From the NCBI GenBank assembly GCA_964615975.1, contig CAZTTH010000017.1, forward strand, positions 2,139 to 66,138: a DNA stretch of 64,000 nt, read 5' to 3'. Numbering within the stretch: position 1 is the stretch's first letter; each line of letters begins with the position of its first letter. Both the position numbers and the translations under genes were made by a program. This DNA comes from an uncultured Lentisphaerales bacterium. Its GTDB lineage: Bacteria; Verrucomicrobiota; Lentisphaeria; JABSQK01; JAJFLO01. Below, one piece after another: positions 48,746 to 59,083 of the stretch. The notes under the pieces were generated by a model. That model saw only the letters and a list, made by a program, of their open reading frames with translations, had not been told where the DNA came from and did not search any database.

Positions 48746-49036
48746 TTATCCAACGGTGATGACACTATTCAGTGTCCCATGAGCATTTCTCACCCATTTC
48801 AGACATTCAGGATCGACATGCCATTCCCCATTGACGATGAATTTATATTCATAGGTGCCCGTTGACAGCATCAGGGTAACTGCAAATTCGCCATTATTTT
48901 TCGGATCGGTCAATTTTTTTTCTCCCGTTCCCCAATCATTAAATGTACCGGCTACGTAAACTTCACTACCGGGATGGGTTTTAAGCGTGAATTTAACGCG
49001 TTTTTTCCCCGCGTTTTGTGATTTTTTGTTGGCCAT
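48746..49036 (-). CDS. Stand-alone CBM48 / AMPK-beta-like glycogen-binding domain protein (96 aa)
   Basis: 'VKFTLKTHPGSEVYVAGTFNDWGTGEKKLTDPKNNGEFAVTLMLSTGTYEYKFIVNGEWHVDPE' follows the CBM48 pattern of conserved W and K residues. Confidence 0.55.
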   Translation of the reverse strand: MANKKSQNAGKKRVKFTLKTHPGSEVYVAGTFNDWGTGEKKLTDPKNNGEFAVTLMLSTGTYEYKFIVNGEWHVDPECLKWVRNAHGTLNSVITVG

Positions 49037-49455
49037 AATTATTGAAATCCTCGTTGGTTTTAAATTGTTGATGGGATGGCATACATATACGGGGAAAGGT
49101 CAAACAGTCATACTCGATAATTCCTGATTGGAGATTCATGGGATGTTGTCAGTTACTGTCTTGTTCCTTTCCCGCAAATGACATAAATGAAGCACACTTC
49201 TTTACTCCATTAATCAATAACAGATGATCTGAAATGGTTTCCGTCAAGTGCAATTCATACTTTTCAAATTCAGCCTCTTAGTTTATATTGACACTCGATT
49301 CACTTTGGCATTGCCCCAATATCAGGCTTTAGTCTTGCGTGACATTATCGAACAATCAGATTGTTTATAGCGATAACGGTAGCAGTATTATTGAAGGAAA
49401 TTGTTCGGGATAATCCGGATCAACCATGGTCATTATGTCAGATTAAGGAGTGTAT

Positions 49456-52026
49456 ATGAATTACTTATCCAGTCAAAAAAGAAGCGAAAAAGTAAAGGCG
49501 CGGGCCCATGATAAATTAGACATTGATGAAGTCGAACAGAATTTTGCCCGTCAACTTAAATACTCATTGGCGAAAGACAGTTACACCGCCACTGATTGGG
49601 ATCGATTTGTCGCCCTCAGCCTGACGATACGTGATTTTCTCATTGAACGCTGGATGGAAACCCAGCAAAACTACCACCGCCATAATCTCAAGCGCGTCTA
49701 CTACATCTCGCTCGAATATCTCATCGGCAGAGCTCTGGCCAATAATATCATCAATCTCGACATGGATAAGACTTGCGAAATGGCGCTCAAAAAGTTTGGC
49801 ATTGACTGGACCCATTTATGTTCGATGGGAGTCGACGCGGGCCTTGGCAACGGCGGTCTGGGGCGACTTGCCGCCTGTTTCCTTGATTCCATGGCAACCC
49901 TGAGTCTGCCGGCGACCGGTTACGGTTTGCATTATGACTTTGGCATTTTTCGCCAAACCATCAAGGATGGCTATCAGATCGAGGAACCCGATGAATGGTT
50001 GCGCTCCGGCAATCCCTGGGAAATAGAACGTCCCGAATACACCTTCCAGGTTGATTTTGGCGGATCGGTGAATGAGCATCAAGAAAACGGCAGACAGGTC
50101 TTTACCTGGCATCCTGCTCATCATGTCCTGGGTGTTCCTTATGACACCCCGATCATTGGCTTCGGCAGTGAAAATGTCAATACCCTGCGCTTGTGGTCGG
50201 CCAAAGCCAGCGCCGAATTCGATTTTGAGGATTTCAACCAGGGCGATTACATTCAGGCTGTACAACATAAGATCAAAGCGGAAACCTTGACCAAGGTGCT
50301 GTATCCAAATGACACCAATTACAGCGGTAAATCGCTCCGCTTCGAGCAACAATACTTCTTTGTTTCCTGTTCTTTGCAGGACATCGTGCGACGGTTTAAG
50401 GTACACAACAAAAACTTTGAATTTTTTCCGCAAAAGGTCGCGATTCAGCTTAATGACACCCATCCCACCATGGGAATCGCGGAATTAATGCATATTCTCA
50501 TGGATAAGGAAGAGCTGCCCTGGGATACCGCATGGAAAATCACCGTAGATACCTTCGGTTATACCAATCATACTCTGCTCCCGGAAGCCCTGGAAAAATG
50601 GCCGGTCGATTTCTTCGCGCAAAAGCTCCCCCGTCATCTCCAGATCATCTATGAGATTAACCGCCGGTTCCTCGAGAAAATTTCGATGCATTATCCTGGC
50701 GATAATGATCGTCTTTGCCGCATGAGCATTATCGAGGAGTCACACCCCAAACAGGTTCGCATGGCGCACCTGGCCACGGTCGGATCTCATTCCATCAATG
50801 GGGTCGCGGCTTTGCATACTCATCTGTTGAAGCAACATCTCTTCCGTGATTTTTATGACCTCTACCCAGAGCGCTTTAATAATAAAACCAATGGCGTTAC
50901 CCCGCGGCGGTGGTTGTTAAGCGCCAACCCCGCCCTGGCCAAATGGATCAGTGATATCATAGGACGGGAATGGATTTGTGATCTGGATCAATTGCGCCGC
51001 TTGGAGAAATTCGCCATGATTGCCGACCAGCGGGATGCTTTTGGCGCGATCAAGGATGCCAATAAACTGGTACTCTCCAGGACCATTGTCAATGAATTAG
51101 GCATCGAGGTTGATCCCAAGGCGATTTTCGACGTGCACATCAAGCGGTTTCATGAGTACAAGCGCCAACTCTTAAACGCACTGCATATTGTCATGCTCTA
51201 CAATCGATTAAAACAAAATCCGCAATTGGATATTATGCCGCGCGTCTTTATCTTCTCCGGCAAGGCTGCGCCGGGGTATTATATGGCCAAAATGATTATC
51301 AAATTCATTCACAGTCTTGCCTATGTCATTAATCAGGATGAAGATATAAACGGCAGGATCAAGATTGTATTCTTCCCCAATTACAGCGTCTCTCTCGCCG
51401 AAAAAATCATTCCCGCCGCGGATATCAGTGAACAGATTTCCACCGCGGGAATGGAAGCGTCCGGCACCGGCAACATGAAGATGACATTGAATGGCGCGTT
51501 GACCGTGGGCACCCTCGACGGCGCTAATATCGAGATCAAAGACGAGGTCGGCGATGAGAATATCTTCATTTTTGGTCTTAAAGCCGATGAAATCGAGACC
51601 ATGAGACGCAATAACTCCTATAATCCCTATGATTATTATCACCAGTATCCTGAAATCAAAAGCACCATTGACATGGCCTTCTCAAATTATTTCTGCCTTC
51701 ATAATCCTGGTTTGTTTGAACCGATACGCAGAACCCTGTTCGATTATGGCGACCGCTACTTCGTGCTTGCCGATCTACTGGCCTATGCGCAAGCGCAATC
51801 ACAGGCGGATCGCCTCTATCGCGATCGGGATGAATGGAATTGCAAGTCACTGTTGAATGTCGCCCGATCTGGCAAATTCAGTTCCGACCGGGTGATCAGG
51901 GAATACGCCCAGGAAATCTGGCGTGTCGAGCCCTTTTCCATCGATTTGAATCGCAAGGGATGCGACACGATTGTCGAGGCGCGAATCAGTGTCGCCAACC
52001 GCCGGGTCACTGGACTTGATGAATAG
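49456..52026 (+). CDS. glgP: Glycogen phosphorylase (classical GT35 GlgP/MalP)
   Basis: 'EASGTGNMKMTLNGALTVGTLDGANIE' (PLP-Lys signature), 'GLGNGGLGRLAACFLDS' and the RBS 'AAGGAG' at 49445-49450. The listed ORF start at 49450 is an alternative GTG. Confidence 0.9.
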   Translation: MNYLSSQKRSEKVKARAHDKLDIDEVEQNFARQLKYSLAKDSYTATDWDRFVALSLTIRDFLIERWMETQQNYHRHNLKRVYYISLEYLIGRALANNIINLDMDKTCEMALKKFGIDWTHLCSMGVDAGLGNGGLGRLAACFLDSMATLSLPATGYGLHYDFGIFRQTIKDGYQIEEPDEWLRSGNPWEIERPEYTFQVDFGGSVNEHQENGRQVFTWHPAHHVLGVPYDTPIIGFGSENVNTLRLWSAKASAEFDFEDFNQGDYIQAVQHKIKAETLTKVLYPNDTNYSGKSLRFEQQYFFVSCSLQDIVRRFKVHNKNFEFFPQKVAIQLNDTHPTMGIAELMHILMDKEELPWDTAWKITVDTFGYTNHTLLPEALEKWPVDFFAQKLPRHLQIIYEINRRFLEKISMHYPGDNDRLCRMSIIEESHPKQVRMAHLATVGSHSINGVAALHTHLLKQHLFRDFYDLYPERFNNKTNGVTPRRWLLSANPALAKWISDIIGREWICDLDQLRRLEKFAMIADQRDAFGAIKDANKLVLSRTIVNELGIEVDPKAIFDVHIKRFHEYKRQLLNALHIVMLYNRLKQNPQLDIMPRVFIFSGKAAPGYYMAKMIIKFIHSLAYVINQDEDINGRIKIVFFPNYSVSLAEKIIPAADISEQISTAGMEASGTGNMKMTLNGALTVGTLDGANIEIKDEVGDENIFIFGLKADEIETMRRNNSYNPYDYYHQYPEIKSTIDMAFSNYFCLHNPGLFEPIRRTLFDYGDRYFVLADLLAYAQAQSQADRLYRDRDEWNCKSLLNVARSGKFSSDRVIREYAQEIWRVEPFSIDLNRKGCDTIVEARISVANRRVTGLDE

Positions 52027-52038
52027 ATTAATGGACTC

Positions 52039-55000
52039 ATGAACCGATATCAAGACCGTCATGTCGCCATGAGCGCTTTTAAATCTTTCCGCCTCTTTCA
52101 CCTGCTTGGCATGCTGGCGTGCGCCTGTCTCCTTGGTTGCGGCTGCGCCGCCCTTGCTTCCCAACCACCGCGTTTTGCGATTGCCCTCAGCAATCAGATA
52201 TTACCAGCCAATGGAGTGATCACCTTCGGAGTCGATGTCGAGGATGATGACAGCGCTCAAGTAACCGTCACCGCCACCAGCGATCATCCCGGGATTGAAA
52301 TCATCATCCCGGAGAGCAATCGTTTTGCCCGCCTTAATTTTGTCAATTCTTCCAATCAGCCCATCGGCAGCATGGTCGCGGAGATTTTTGAAGAACGCGG
52401 CGGTTTGGCGGCACAGCGCTTCATCAATCTCAGCACCAATGGGTATAACCTTGATAAGACGGTAAATCCCAATGCGCCACCTTTTTACACGAATGTGGCA
52501 GTCCATCGAATAGCCGATCTCAGGGGAGCTCCCAATGGATTGATCATTCAGACGGGAGACGCGCAATTCGGCACTGGCACGGGTGGCAGTCCATTAGGGA
52601 CATTTCCCGATCAATTCGCGCTTCAGGATGGGTTGAATTTCGCTGGTCATGGGGCGCTGGCAATGGCTAATTCCGGCGCCAACACCAATAACAGCCAGTT
52701 TTTTATCACCAACGATGCGGTTGAGCATTTGAATGGCAAGCACATGATCTTCGGTCAGGTAATTTCGGGACAGGAAGTGATCGACACACTTGCTCGCCTT
52801 CCCAGGGATTCGAACAGTCGCCCAACCCCGACCCCCCGATTGGGATCAGTGGAAATTTTCACCAACCGGAAGGATGCCACCATCACCCTGAAAGAGATTT
52901 CCCCGGTTTTAACGGAAGCAACTGTTACTGTCACCCTTACTGACAATACCGGACTTCAAGCCCAGCAACAAATCAAAGTCATTCCATTGCTGCCTAGACT
53001 CAGCACCATTGCAACCGATCCAGCGGGAACTCCTTTTGCCATGACCGTGGCCAATAATCTGCTGTATTTAGCCAATGGCGCCCGGGGGATAGAAATCCAC
53101 GATCTAGCCGATCCTCAACATCCGGTTTTGAAGGGTAGTTTCCATCCCTCCTATGCCGGTTTTGCTCGTGATATTGAAGTGGCTCAATACCTCAATCCCA
53201 GTCGAATCGTTGCCTTTGTCGCTTATACCGAAGGAGGATTATTAACTCTAAATGTGACTAATCCAGCGAATATCACTCAGTTGTCTCATGTCCCGGTCGA
53301 CACCAACAATGCCGCCAACCTTGATGGTGATGCTTATGATATCGCCTTGGACAGTGTCAAAGCCAGAGCTTTGGTGGCGACTTCCACCGGATCATTAAAA
53401 GACAAAATAGGCGGACTCACGGCTTTCAATCTCAATAATCCCGGTTCACTGCAGCGGCTTGGCAGCTTGCCATTACAGTTTGGCAATCCCGCGCAGTCAA
53501 TTGATATGCGCGCATTGGAGATTATTTATGAGGGGGATAAAGCAATCGCCTATGTCAATGGCTTTAATTTCGGGTTATTGGGAATTGATACATCCAGTCC
53601 TGAGACTTTCAATGATAGAGCAATCAAATTTAATCAGGGGTATACACAACCCTGGGGATTATCCATATTTGATAATCATCTTTACCTGTCGGTTATGGGA
53701 ACTTCCGGATCTGCTTCGGGTTTGGTGGCATACTCTTTTACGGAAACGAAATCGCCCACCAATGCCCGCAGTCTGGTATTGGGAAGTAATTCCTGGTTTG
53801 TAGCCGCCGGGGAGCAATTCGCGGTCGTCAGTCATCAGAATGGTGAATTCGATTTTATTGATACCACCAATTTGAACGCGCTCGTCAATCGGTTTTCCTT
53901 CAATCAATTTGCTGCCGGTAAACCCTCCATCATCAACGACGTGATTTATCTGCCCTTGGAGAATCATTCCATCCATGTCAGCAGGTTGAATCGGGCGGCT
54001 TTTCGTCATCCCGAAGTCAGTGTCATCAGTGGCAATCCCGGAATCAAGCTGATCAATCATGCCTCGGTAATCAACGCCGGAGAAACCACCGAAGGGCAGA
54101 CATTTGGACCCGATTTTACCTTCATCATCAGAAACGATGGACCTGAACCTTTGACGATTGGGACTGTGCAAATACCCAGACAATTGGAGGTGGTTAAAGC
54201 GTTTCCCGCCTTTTTGGGGCCAGGATCTCAAGATACTGTGACCTTGAAATTGACTGGCAGTAATCCTGGTCTTTTTAGCGCTGTTATTCGCTTTACCTCC
54301 AATGATTTCAATGAGTCCCCATATGAAATCATAGCGCAAGGCACCGTCAATGGCACCAGCCTCATTCATGGCACGATCTGGCACGACAACATTGTTGCCA
54401 ATGGCCAGATCGATGCCAATGAACCCCGCGTGTCAGCGGTTGGGGTGTCACTTTACCAGGATAATGGAGATGGCAAATTTGAAGGCGGGGGCAACGATGA
54501 ACAGATTTCTAATGTTCAAACCAGCGTCAATGGAACCTACTCGATTCCTGATCTTGGCAGCGGCAGTTATTGGCTTGATGTTGATGAACATTCACCGGCA
54601 TTGATCGGATTGGGATTGAGTTCCGGTGTCAACCCGCGCTTGATTACGGTTGGCATTGGCACGACTCATCAGGCCGACTTTGGGTTTGCTTCGCTGGCAA
54701 GCGATACCCATCCTGTTGCAATCAATGTCGGCTGGAATCTGCTCGCGTTTCCGATCAAACCGCAAAATCAAGGTGTGGCTCAACTGCAATCCGCACTCTC
54801 AATCAATACCAGTCTTCCAGTATGGGAATGGCATAATCATCTTACCCCCCCGCAATATCTTTCCAGCAACATCCTCAGGGCATTAACCGGATATTGGTTC
54901 TATACTGATAATCAGAATGAAACCACCATTAGCGGGTATATCCCTGATCGTCCCCGCATCCGCTTTTTTACCGGCTGGAATCTGATCGGTGTCCCCCGGG

Positions 55001-55143
55001 GTGTCACTACCATCACCCATGCGGCAATCCATCCCACCTTCTGGCGCTGGGAGGGCGATCACTTCCAAGCAACCAACTTCTTGGCACCCGGTCACGGTTT
55101 TTGGGTGCATTCCAGTCAATCATTCATCTTCGAATTCGAATGA
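52039..55143 (+). CDS. Secreted multidomain protein: cyclophilin-type peptidyl-prolyl isomerase + LVIVD-repeat beta-propeller region + Cna-B/SdrD-B-like domain + C-terminal domain
   Basis: Cyclophilin blocks 'FHRIADLRGAPNGLIIQTGDAQFGTGTGGS' and 'NGKHMIFGQVISGQEVIDTLARL'. LVIVD-like 'NNLLYLANGARGIEIHDLADPQHPVLKGSF'. Cna-B-like 'GTIWHDNIVANGQIDANEPRVSAVGVSLYQDNGDGKF'. An N-terminal signal/TM with a Cys-rich 'CACLLGCGCAALA'. Confidence 0.65.
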   Translation: MNRYQDRHVAMSAFKSFRLFHLLGMLACACLLGCGCAALASQPPRFAIALSNQILPANGVITFGVDVEDDDSAQVTVTATSDHPGIEIIIPESNRFARLNFVNSSNQPIGSMVAEIFEERGGLAAQRFINLSTNGYNLDKTVNPNAPPFYTNVAVHRIADLRGAPNGLIIQTGDAQFGTGTGGSPLGTFPDQFALQDGLNFAGHGALAMANSGANTNNSQFFITNDAVEHLNGKHMIFGQVISGQEVIDTLARLPRDSNSRPTPTPRLGSVEIFTNRKDATITLKEISPVLTEATVTVTLTDNTGLQAQQQIKVIPLLPRLSTIATDPAGTPFAMTVANNLLYLANGARGIEIHDLADPQHPVLKGSFHPSYAGFARDIEVAQYLNPSRIVAFVAYTEGGLLTLNVTNPANITQLSHVPVDTNNAANLDGDAYDIALDSVKARALVATSTGSLKDKIGGLTAFNLNNPGSLQRLGSLPLQFGNPAQSIDMRALEIIYEGDKAIAYVNGFNFGLLGIDTSSPETFNDRAIKFNQGYTQPWGLSIFDNHLYLSVMGTSGSASGLVAYSFTETKSPTNARSLVLGSNSWFVAAGEQFAVVSHQNGEFDFIDTTNLNALVNRFSFNQFAAGKPSIINDVIYLPLENHSIHVSRLNRAAFRHPEVSVISGNPGIKLINHASVINAGETTEGQTFGPDFTFIIRNDGPEPLTIGTVQIPRQLEVVKAFPAFLGPGSQDTVTLKLTGSNPGLFSAVIRFTSNDFNESPYEIIAQGTVNGTSLIHGTIWHDNIVANGQIDANEPRVSAVGVSLYQDNGDGKFEGGGNDEQISNVQTSVNGTYSIPDLGSGSYWLDVDEHSPALIGLGLSSGVNPRLITVGIGTTHQADFGFASLASDTHPVAINVGWNLLAFPIKPQNQGVAQLQSALSINTSLPVWEWHNHLTPPQYLSSNILRALTGYWFYTDNQNETTISGYIPDRPRIRFFTGWNLIGVPRGVTTITHAAIHPTFWRWEGDHFQATNFLAPGHGFWVHSSQSFIFEFE

Positions 55144-55342
55144 TTTCTCGTATAGGCAGAGTCACACCTAATACCGAACCCGTGCTTGCTCGCAAATAGT
55201 ACAAGCGAAATTATTCCGGGGTGGGAATGGGCATTGTGAACCAATCAGTTTGCCCGGGCTTGATTCTATGGTTAAAATTGTACAGTTTTGTCGGGGGTTA
55301 TGTTTTTAATGAGCTTTGGTGATCCACTCCTTATGATATTTT

Positions 55343-58300
55343 TTAGCGATGGTTTCCGGTTAAGGAGGTAGATGTTTTCGCCGCGGGTTCTTGCGCCCGC
55401 TGCCATTTCCATTCCTCAACCGCGCAAAACAAACAGGGCGCGATATAAATGGTGACCAACAGACTGACCGCCATGCCGCCAATGCTGGGGATGGCCATGG
55501 GCTGCATTACGTCAGAACCGCGTCCAGTCGCCCAGAAAATAGGCAAAAGACCAAAAACGGTTGTACAAAGGGTCATCAGACAGGGACGAATGCGCTTTAA
55601 TCCAGCTTGCATAACCGCCTCGCGAATATCCTGCACCGAATTGAACGTGGCCTGGTCAAATATATCTTCGAGGTAAGTTGAAATGACGACACCATCATCG
55701 TCCACCACGCCGAACAGGACAAGAAACCCGACCCAGACCGCAACCGAAAGGTTTACCTCCCATAGCGCCAGCAAAATAAACCCGCCGGAAGCCGACACCA
55801 GGATGCCAAAATAGATGATGGGCGCAATCCACCAACGTTTGAAGCCGAGGTAAAGCATGACAAACATGATAAAAAGACATACAGGCACAAGGATACTCAT
55901 CCTTTTGGTGGCGCGTACCTGGTTCTCAAATTGGCCGCTCCATTCCCAGTAGTATCCGGCGGGCAGCTTCAAGCGACCGTCCCGGACCGCCTCTTGGAGC
56001 AAGGCCTCAGCATCTTCCACTACGCTTACTTCATCGCGGTCGCGAGTATTCATGGTGACATAGCCGACCAATAGACCGCGTTCACCTTTAATTTCCTGAG
56101 GGCCGAGTACACTCGTGATGGTGACTACTTGAGTGAGGGGGATTTGCGCGCCGCTGGAACTGGGGACCAATATCTTCTCTAATTCAGGCACATCTTCACG
56201 GAATTCACGCAGGTATCGGATACGAATCGGATAGCGTTCTCGGCCTTCGACTGACTCCATGATGTTCATCCCGCCAATTGCGATTTCGATAACGTCCTGC
56301 ACATCGCGGATATTCACGCCATAACGAGCGCTGCGGTCGCGATCGATTTCAAACTCCAGATAGGGTTTGCCAACGATACGATCGGCCACGATGTCTGTCG
56401 CGCCCGGTACATGCTTGAGAAGTTGCTCGATCTCCAGCCCGACACGTTCGATTTCCTTCAAATCGCTCCCGTAAATCTTTACCCCCATCATGGCGCGGAA
56501 ACCGGTTTGGAGCATGACAAGTCGGGTTTGAATCGGCTGCAGAAAGGTTGGCAACACGCCGGGAATGGCGGTTTTTTCCTGAAGTTCAAGGAGGATTTCG
56601 TTCTTGGTGATGGCGCGATGTTCAGGCCATATTTTTGTAAGTGGAAACTTCACCCAATCAGGCCAATTGGAAAACACTCGTTTCATCGGGACATGACGCC
56701 ATTCGGATTCCGGTTTGAGAATGATAATGCTTTCGATCATGCTGATGGGGGCGGGGTCGAGCGCGGAATCAGCGCGGCCCAATTTACCGACGACCGACTC
56801 AACTTCCGGCACACTGGCGATCGCCAGGTCTTGTTTGGCGTTTACTTCGAGAGCGGGACCTAGTCCGGCTTGCGGCAGTAATGACGGCATGTAAAGGAAA
56901 GAGCCTTCATCGAGCGGGGGCATGAACTCACGGCCGATACCTGGCAGGATGCGGCGCTCATCAATGATTGTGAGACCGTCTACGATCTCCATTTCACGTT
57001 CTTTTGGGCTTTGACGGCGCCAGAGGAGTCGGCGATGAACTGAACCATCATCTTGTTTCAGTCGCTGCCATCGGAGCTGATCGAATTCGATTATTGGTCG
57101 TCTGATGTCAGCGGTATTTTTCAGATACATTGCCCGCTTCAGATCGGGTGGAGCTTCTTCCCAGGCAAACAGGTTCACAAACCACCCCAATGGCGCGAGA
57201 GTTCTGCCAATGCCAAGCCAAACCGTTAAACCGGTAAACAGAATCGTCACGGGGATAATCAGAAAGGTTTTCTTGTGCGCCAGAATCCAGCGCAATGTCG
57301 GAGTGTAAATCCAGGTGATAACACGTGAAACACGATTCTCTTCCATCGGCAGAAATCGTTCATTAGCCATGCGCCAGACAGCCAACGCGACAATTACTCC
57401 GACCACAATAGCCATTGGCCAGCCGCTGTAATGACTATTCCCCCCCATGGACAACCTAAAGATAAAATGCGTGGCAATGACAGCAATGAGACTGAGCGCA
57501 CCCGCCATTATCCACACTGACTTTTTTGACCATTTCACCGGACGAAACAGGAAATAACAGACCAGAGGAACCACCGTGAGCGCGAGAATTACAGAGGCGC
57601 CAATGGCGAAGGTCTTGGTGAAGGCAAGCGGGCGAAAAAGTTTGCCTTCCTGGTCGGAAAGGAAGAATACCGGGATGAAGGAAATTAATGTATTTGAAAC
57701 CGCTGTGACAATGGCCCCGCCAACCTCGGAGGCGCCATCATACACTTTCTGAAAATGACTTCGTTTTTTGTCCCCCATGGCAATGTGACGATAAATATTT
57801 TCTGTCATAATGATCCCCATGTCGCCGACATCGCCAATGGCAATGGCAAGACCGGCAAGCGACATGATATTGGAATCGACCCCGAAAACATACATCAGGA
57901 TAAAACAAAGTCCGACGGAAAGCGGGAGGGTAACAATCACGGAAACAGTACTGCGCAAATGCAACAAAAAGATGAGGATGACCGCGCTCGCCATCAACGC
58001 CTCCTCAAGCAATGCCTCTTTCAAGGTGTCAATGGTTTCCATGACGATATCAGTGCGATCATAGAAGGGAACAATTTTTACTTTTGAGACGCTGCCATCC
58101 GCAAGGGTCTTAAACGGTAATCCCGGCTCCAACTGGGTGATTTTCTCCTTCACTTTTTTGACCACCTGAAGCGGGTTTTCACCATATCGCATCAATACCA
58201 CACCACCGACGGCTTCAACTCCGGCTTTGTCCAGCGCGCCCCGGCGGAAGTCAGGCCCCAGGGAAACGGTAGCGACATGTTTAACCTGGATGGGGGTGCC

Positions 58301-59050
58301 GGTTTCCTGGCGAATGACAACTTTTTCCAAATCCTCAATTGATTTTATGAAACCTACGCCACGAATGAAAAATTCAATCCCATTTTTTTCCAGTACCTTG
58401 GCGCCGACATCGATGTTCGATTTCCGCACCGCCTCATAAACATCCATCAGGGTAACTCGATGAGCGCGCATTTTATCAGGGTGTACATCGATTTGATACT
58501 GCTTTACATAGCCGCCGATGCTGGCGACTTCTGAAACGCCTTCAACGGCGTTCAATTGGTAACGAATAAACCAATCTTGAATCGAGCGGAGTTCAGCCAG
58601 GTCAAAGCCTTCCGCTTCAACCGTGTACCAAAAAACCTGGCCCAGTGCGGTCGCGTCAGGACCTAATACCGGGGTCACACCGGCAGGCAAACGTTGTTGT
58701 GCGACATTGATGCGCTCCAATACTCGCGATCGTGCCCAGTAATAGTCGATATTGTCTTTGAAGATAACAAAAACCATGGCAAAGCCAAAGCCGGACATTG
58801 ACCGGATGGTCTTCACCCCAGGGGTGCCGGTGAGGCTGGTAGTCAAAGGATATGTAACCTGGTTATCAACATCCTGCGGTGAACGTCCCGGCCAGTCCGC
58901 AAAGACAATAACCTGTTTTTCACCGATGTCGGGAATGGCATCGACTGGGGTTCGCGTAATCGCATAATAACCGCCGGCAGCAATCGCGCCCATTCCCAGG
59001 ATGACAAGGAACGCATTCTTCAGGCACCAGTGAATGATTGTATTGATCAT
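55343..59050 (-). CDS. cusA: Heavy-metal-efflux RND permease (CusA/CzcA family), extended to 1235 aa
   Basis: Twelve-TM RND topology, 'FGFAMVFVIF' and 'GIIMTENI'. Insertions are visible relative to ~1045 aa CusA. Confidence 0.8.
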   Translation of the reverse strand: MINTIIHWCLKNAFLVILGMGAIAAGGYYAITRTPVDAIPDIGEKQVIVFADWPGRSPQDVDNQVTYPLTTSLTGTPGVKTIRSMSGFGFAMVFVIFKDNIDYYWARSRVLERINVAQQRLPAGVTPVLGPDATALGQVFWYTVEAEGFDLAELRSIQDWFIRYQLNAVEGVSEVASIGGYVKQYQIDVHPDKMRAHRVTLMDVYEAVRKSNIDVGAKVLEKNGIEFFIRGVGFIKSIEDLEKVVIRQETGTPIQVKHVATVSLGPDFRRGALDKAGVEAVGGVVLMRYGENPLQVVKKVKEKITQLEPGLPFKTLADGSVSKVKIVPFYDRTDIVMETIDTLKEALLEEALMASAVILIFLLHLRSTVSVIVTLPLSVGLCFILMYVFGVDSNIMSLAGLAIAIGDVGDMGIIMTENIYRHIAMGDKKRSHFQKVYDGASEVGGAIVTAVSNTLISFIPVFFLSDQEGKLFRPLAFTKTFAIGASVILALTVVPLVCYFLFRPVKWSKKSVWIMAGALSLIAVIATHFIFRLSMGGNSHYSGWPMAIVVGVIVALAVWRMANERFLPMEENRVSRVITWIYTPTLRWILAHKKTFLIIPVTILFTGLTVWLGIGRTLAPLGWFVNLFAWEEAPPDLKRAMYLKNTADIRRPIIEFDQLRWQRLKQDDGSVHRRLLWRRQSPKEREMEIVDGLTIIDERRILPGIGREFMPPLDEGSFLYMPSLLPQAGLGPALEVNAKQDLAIASVPEVESVVGKLGRADSALDPAPISMIESIIILKPESEWRHVPMKRVFSNWPDWVKFPLTKIWPEHRAITKNEILLELQEKTAIPGVLPTFLQPIQTRLVMLQTGFRAMMGVKIYGSDLKEIERVGLEIEQLLKHVPGATDIVADRIVGKPYLEFEIDRDRSARYGVNIRDVQDVIEIAIGGMNIMESVEGRERYPIRIRYLREFREDVPELEKILVPSSSGAQIPLTQVVTITSVLGPQEIKGERGLLVGYVTMNTRDRDEVSVVEDAEALLQEAVRDGRLKLPAGYYWEWSGQFENQVRATKRMSILVPVCLFIMFVMLYLGFKRWWIAPIIYFGILVSASGGFILLALWEVNLSVAVWVGFLVLFGVVDDDGVVISTYLEDIFDQATFNSVQDIREAVMQAGLKRIRPCLMTLCTTVFGLLPIFWATGRGSDVMQPMAIPSIGGMAVSLLVTIYIAPCLFCAVEEWKWQRAQEPAAKTSTSLTGNHR

Positions 59051-59083
59051 AATTGTTGTGATGGTGTTTTAGGCATATTTCCT

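Noticed and set aside
49564-50463. Several minus-strand ORFs (83-215 aa) inside the classical glgP gene
   Set aside because: They lie antisense to a very well-supported phosphorylase coding sequence and have no recognisable domains.
55343-59050. The possibility that the 1235 aa RND gene is two fused ORFs or a misassembly
   Set aside because: The frame is continuous, with RND motifs distributed along the whole length and a consistent 12-TM pattern. An insertion in the periplasmic loops is more parsimonious.
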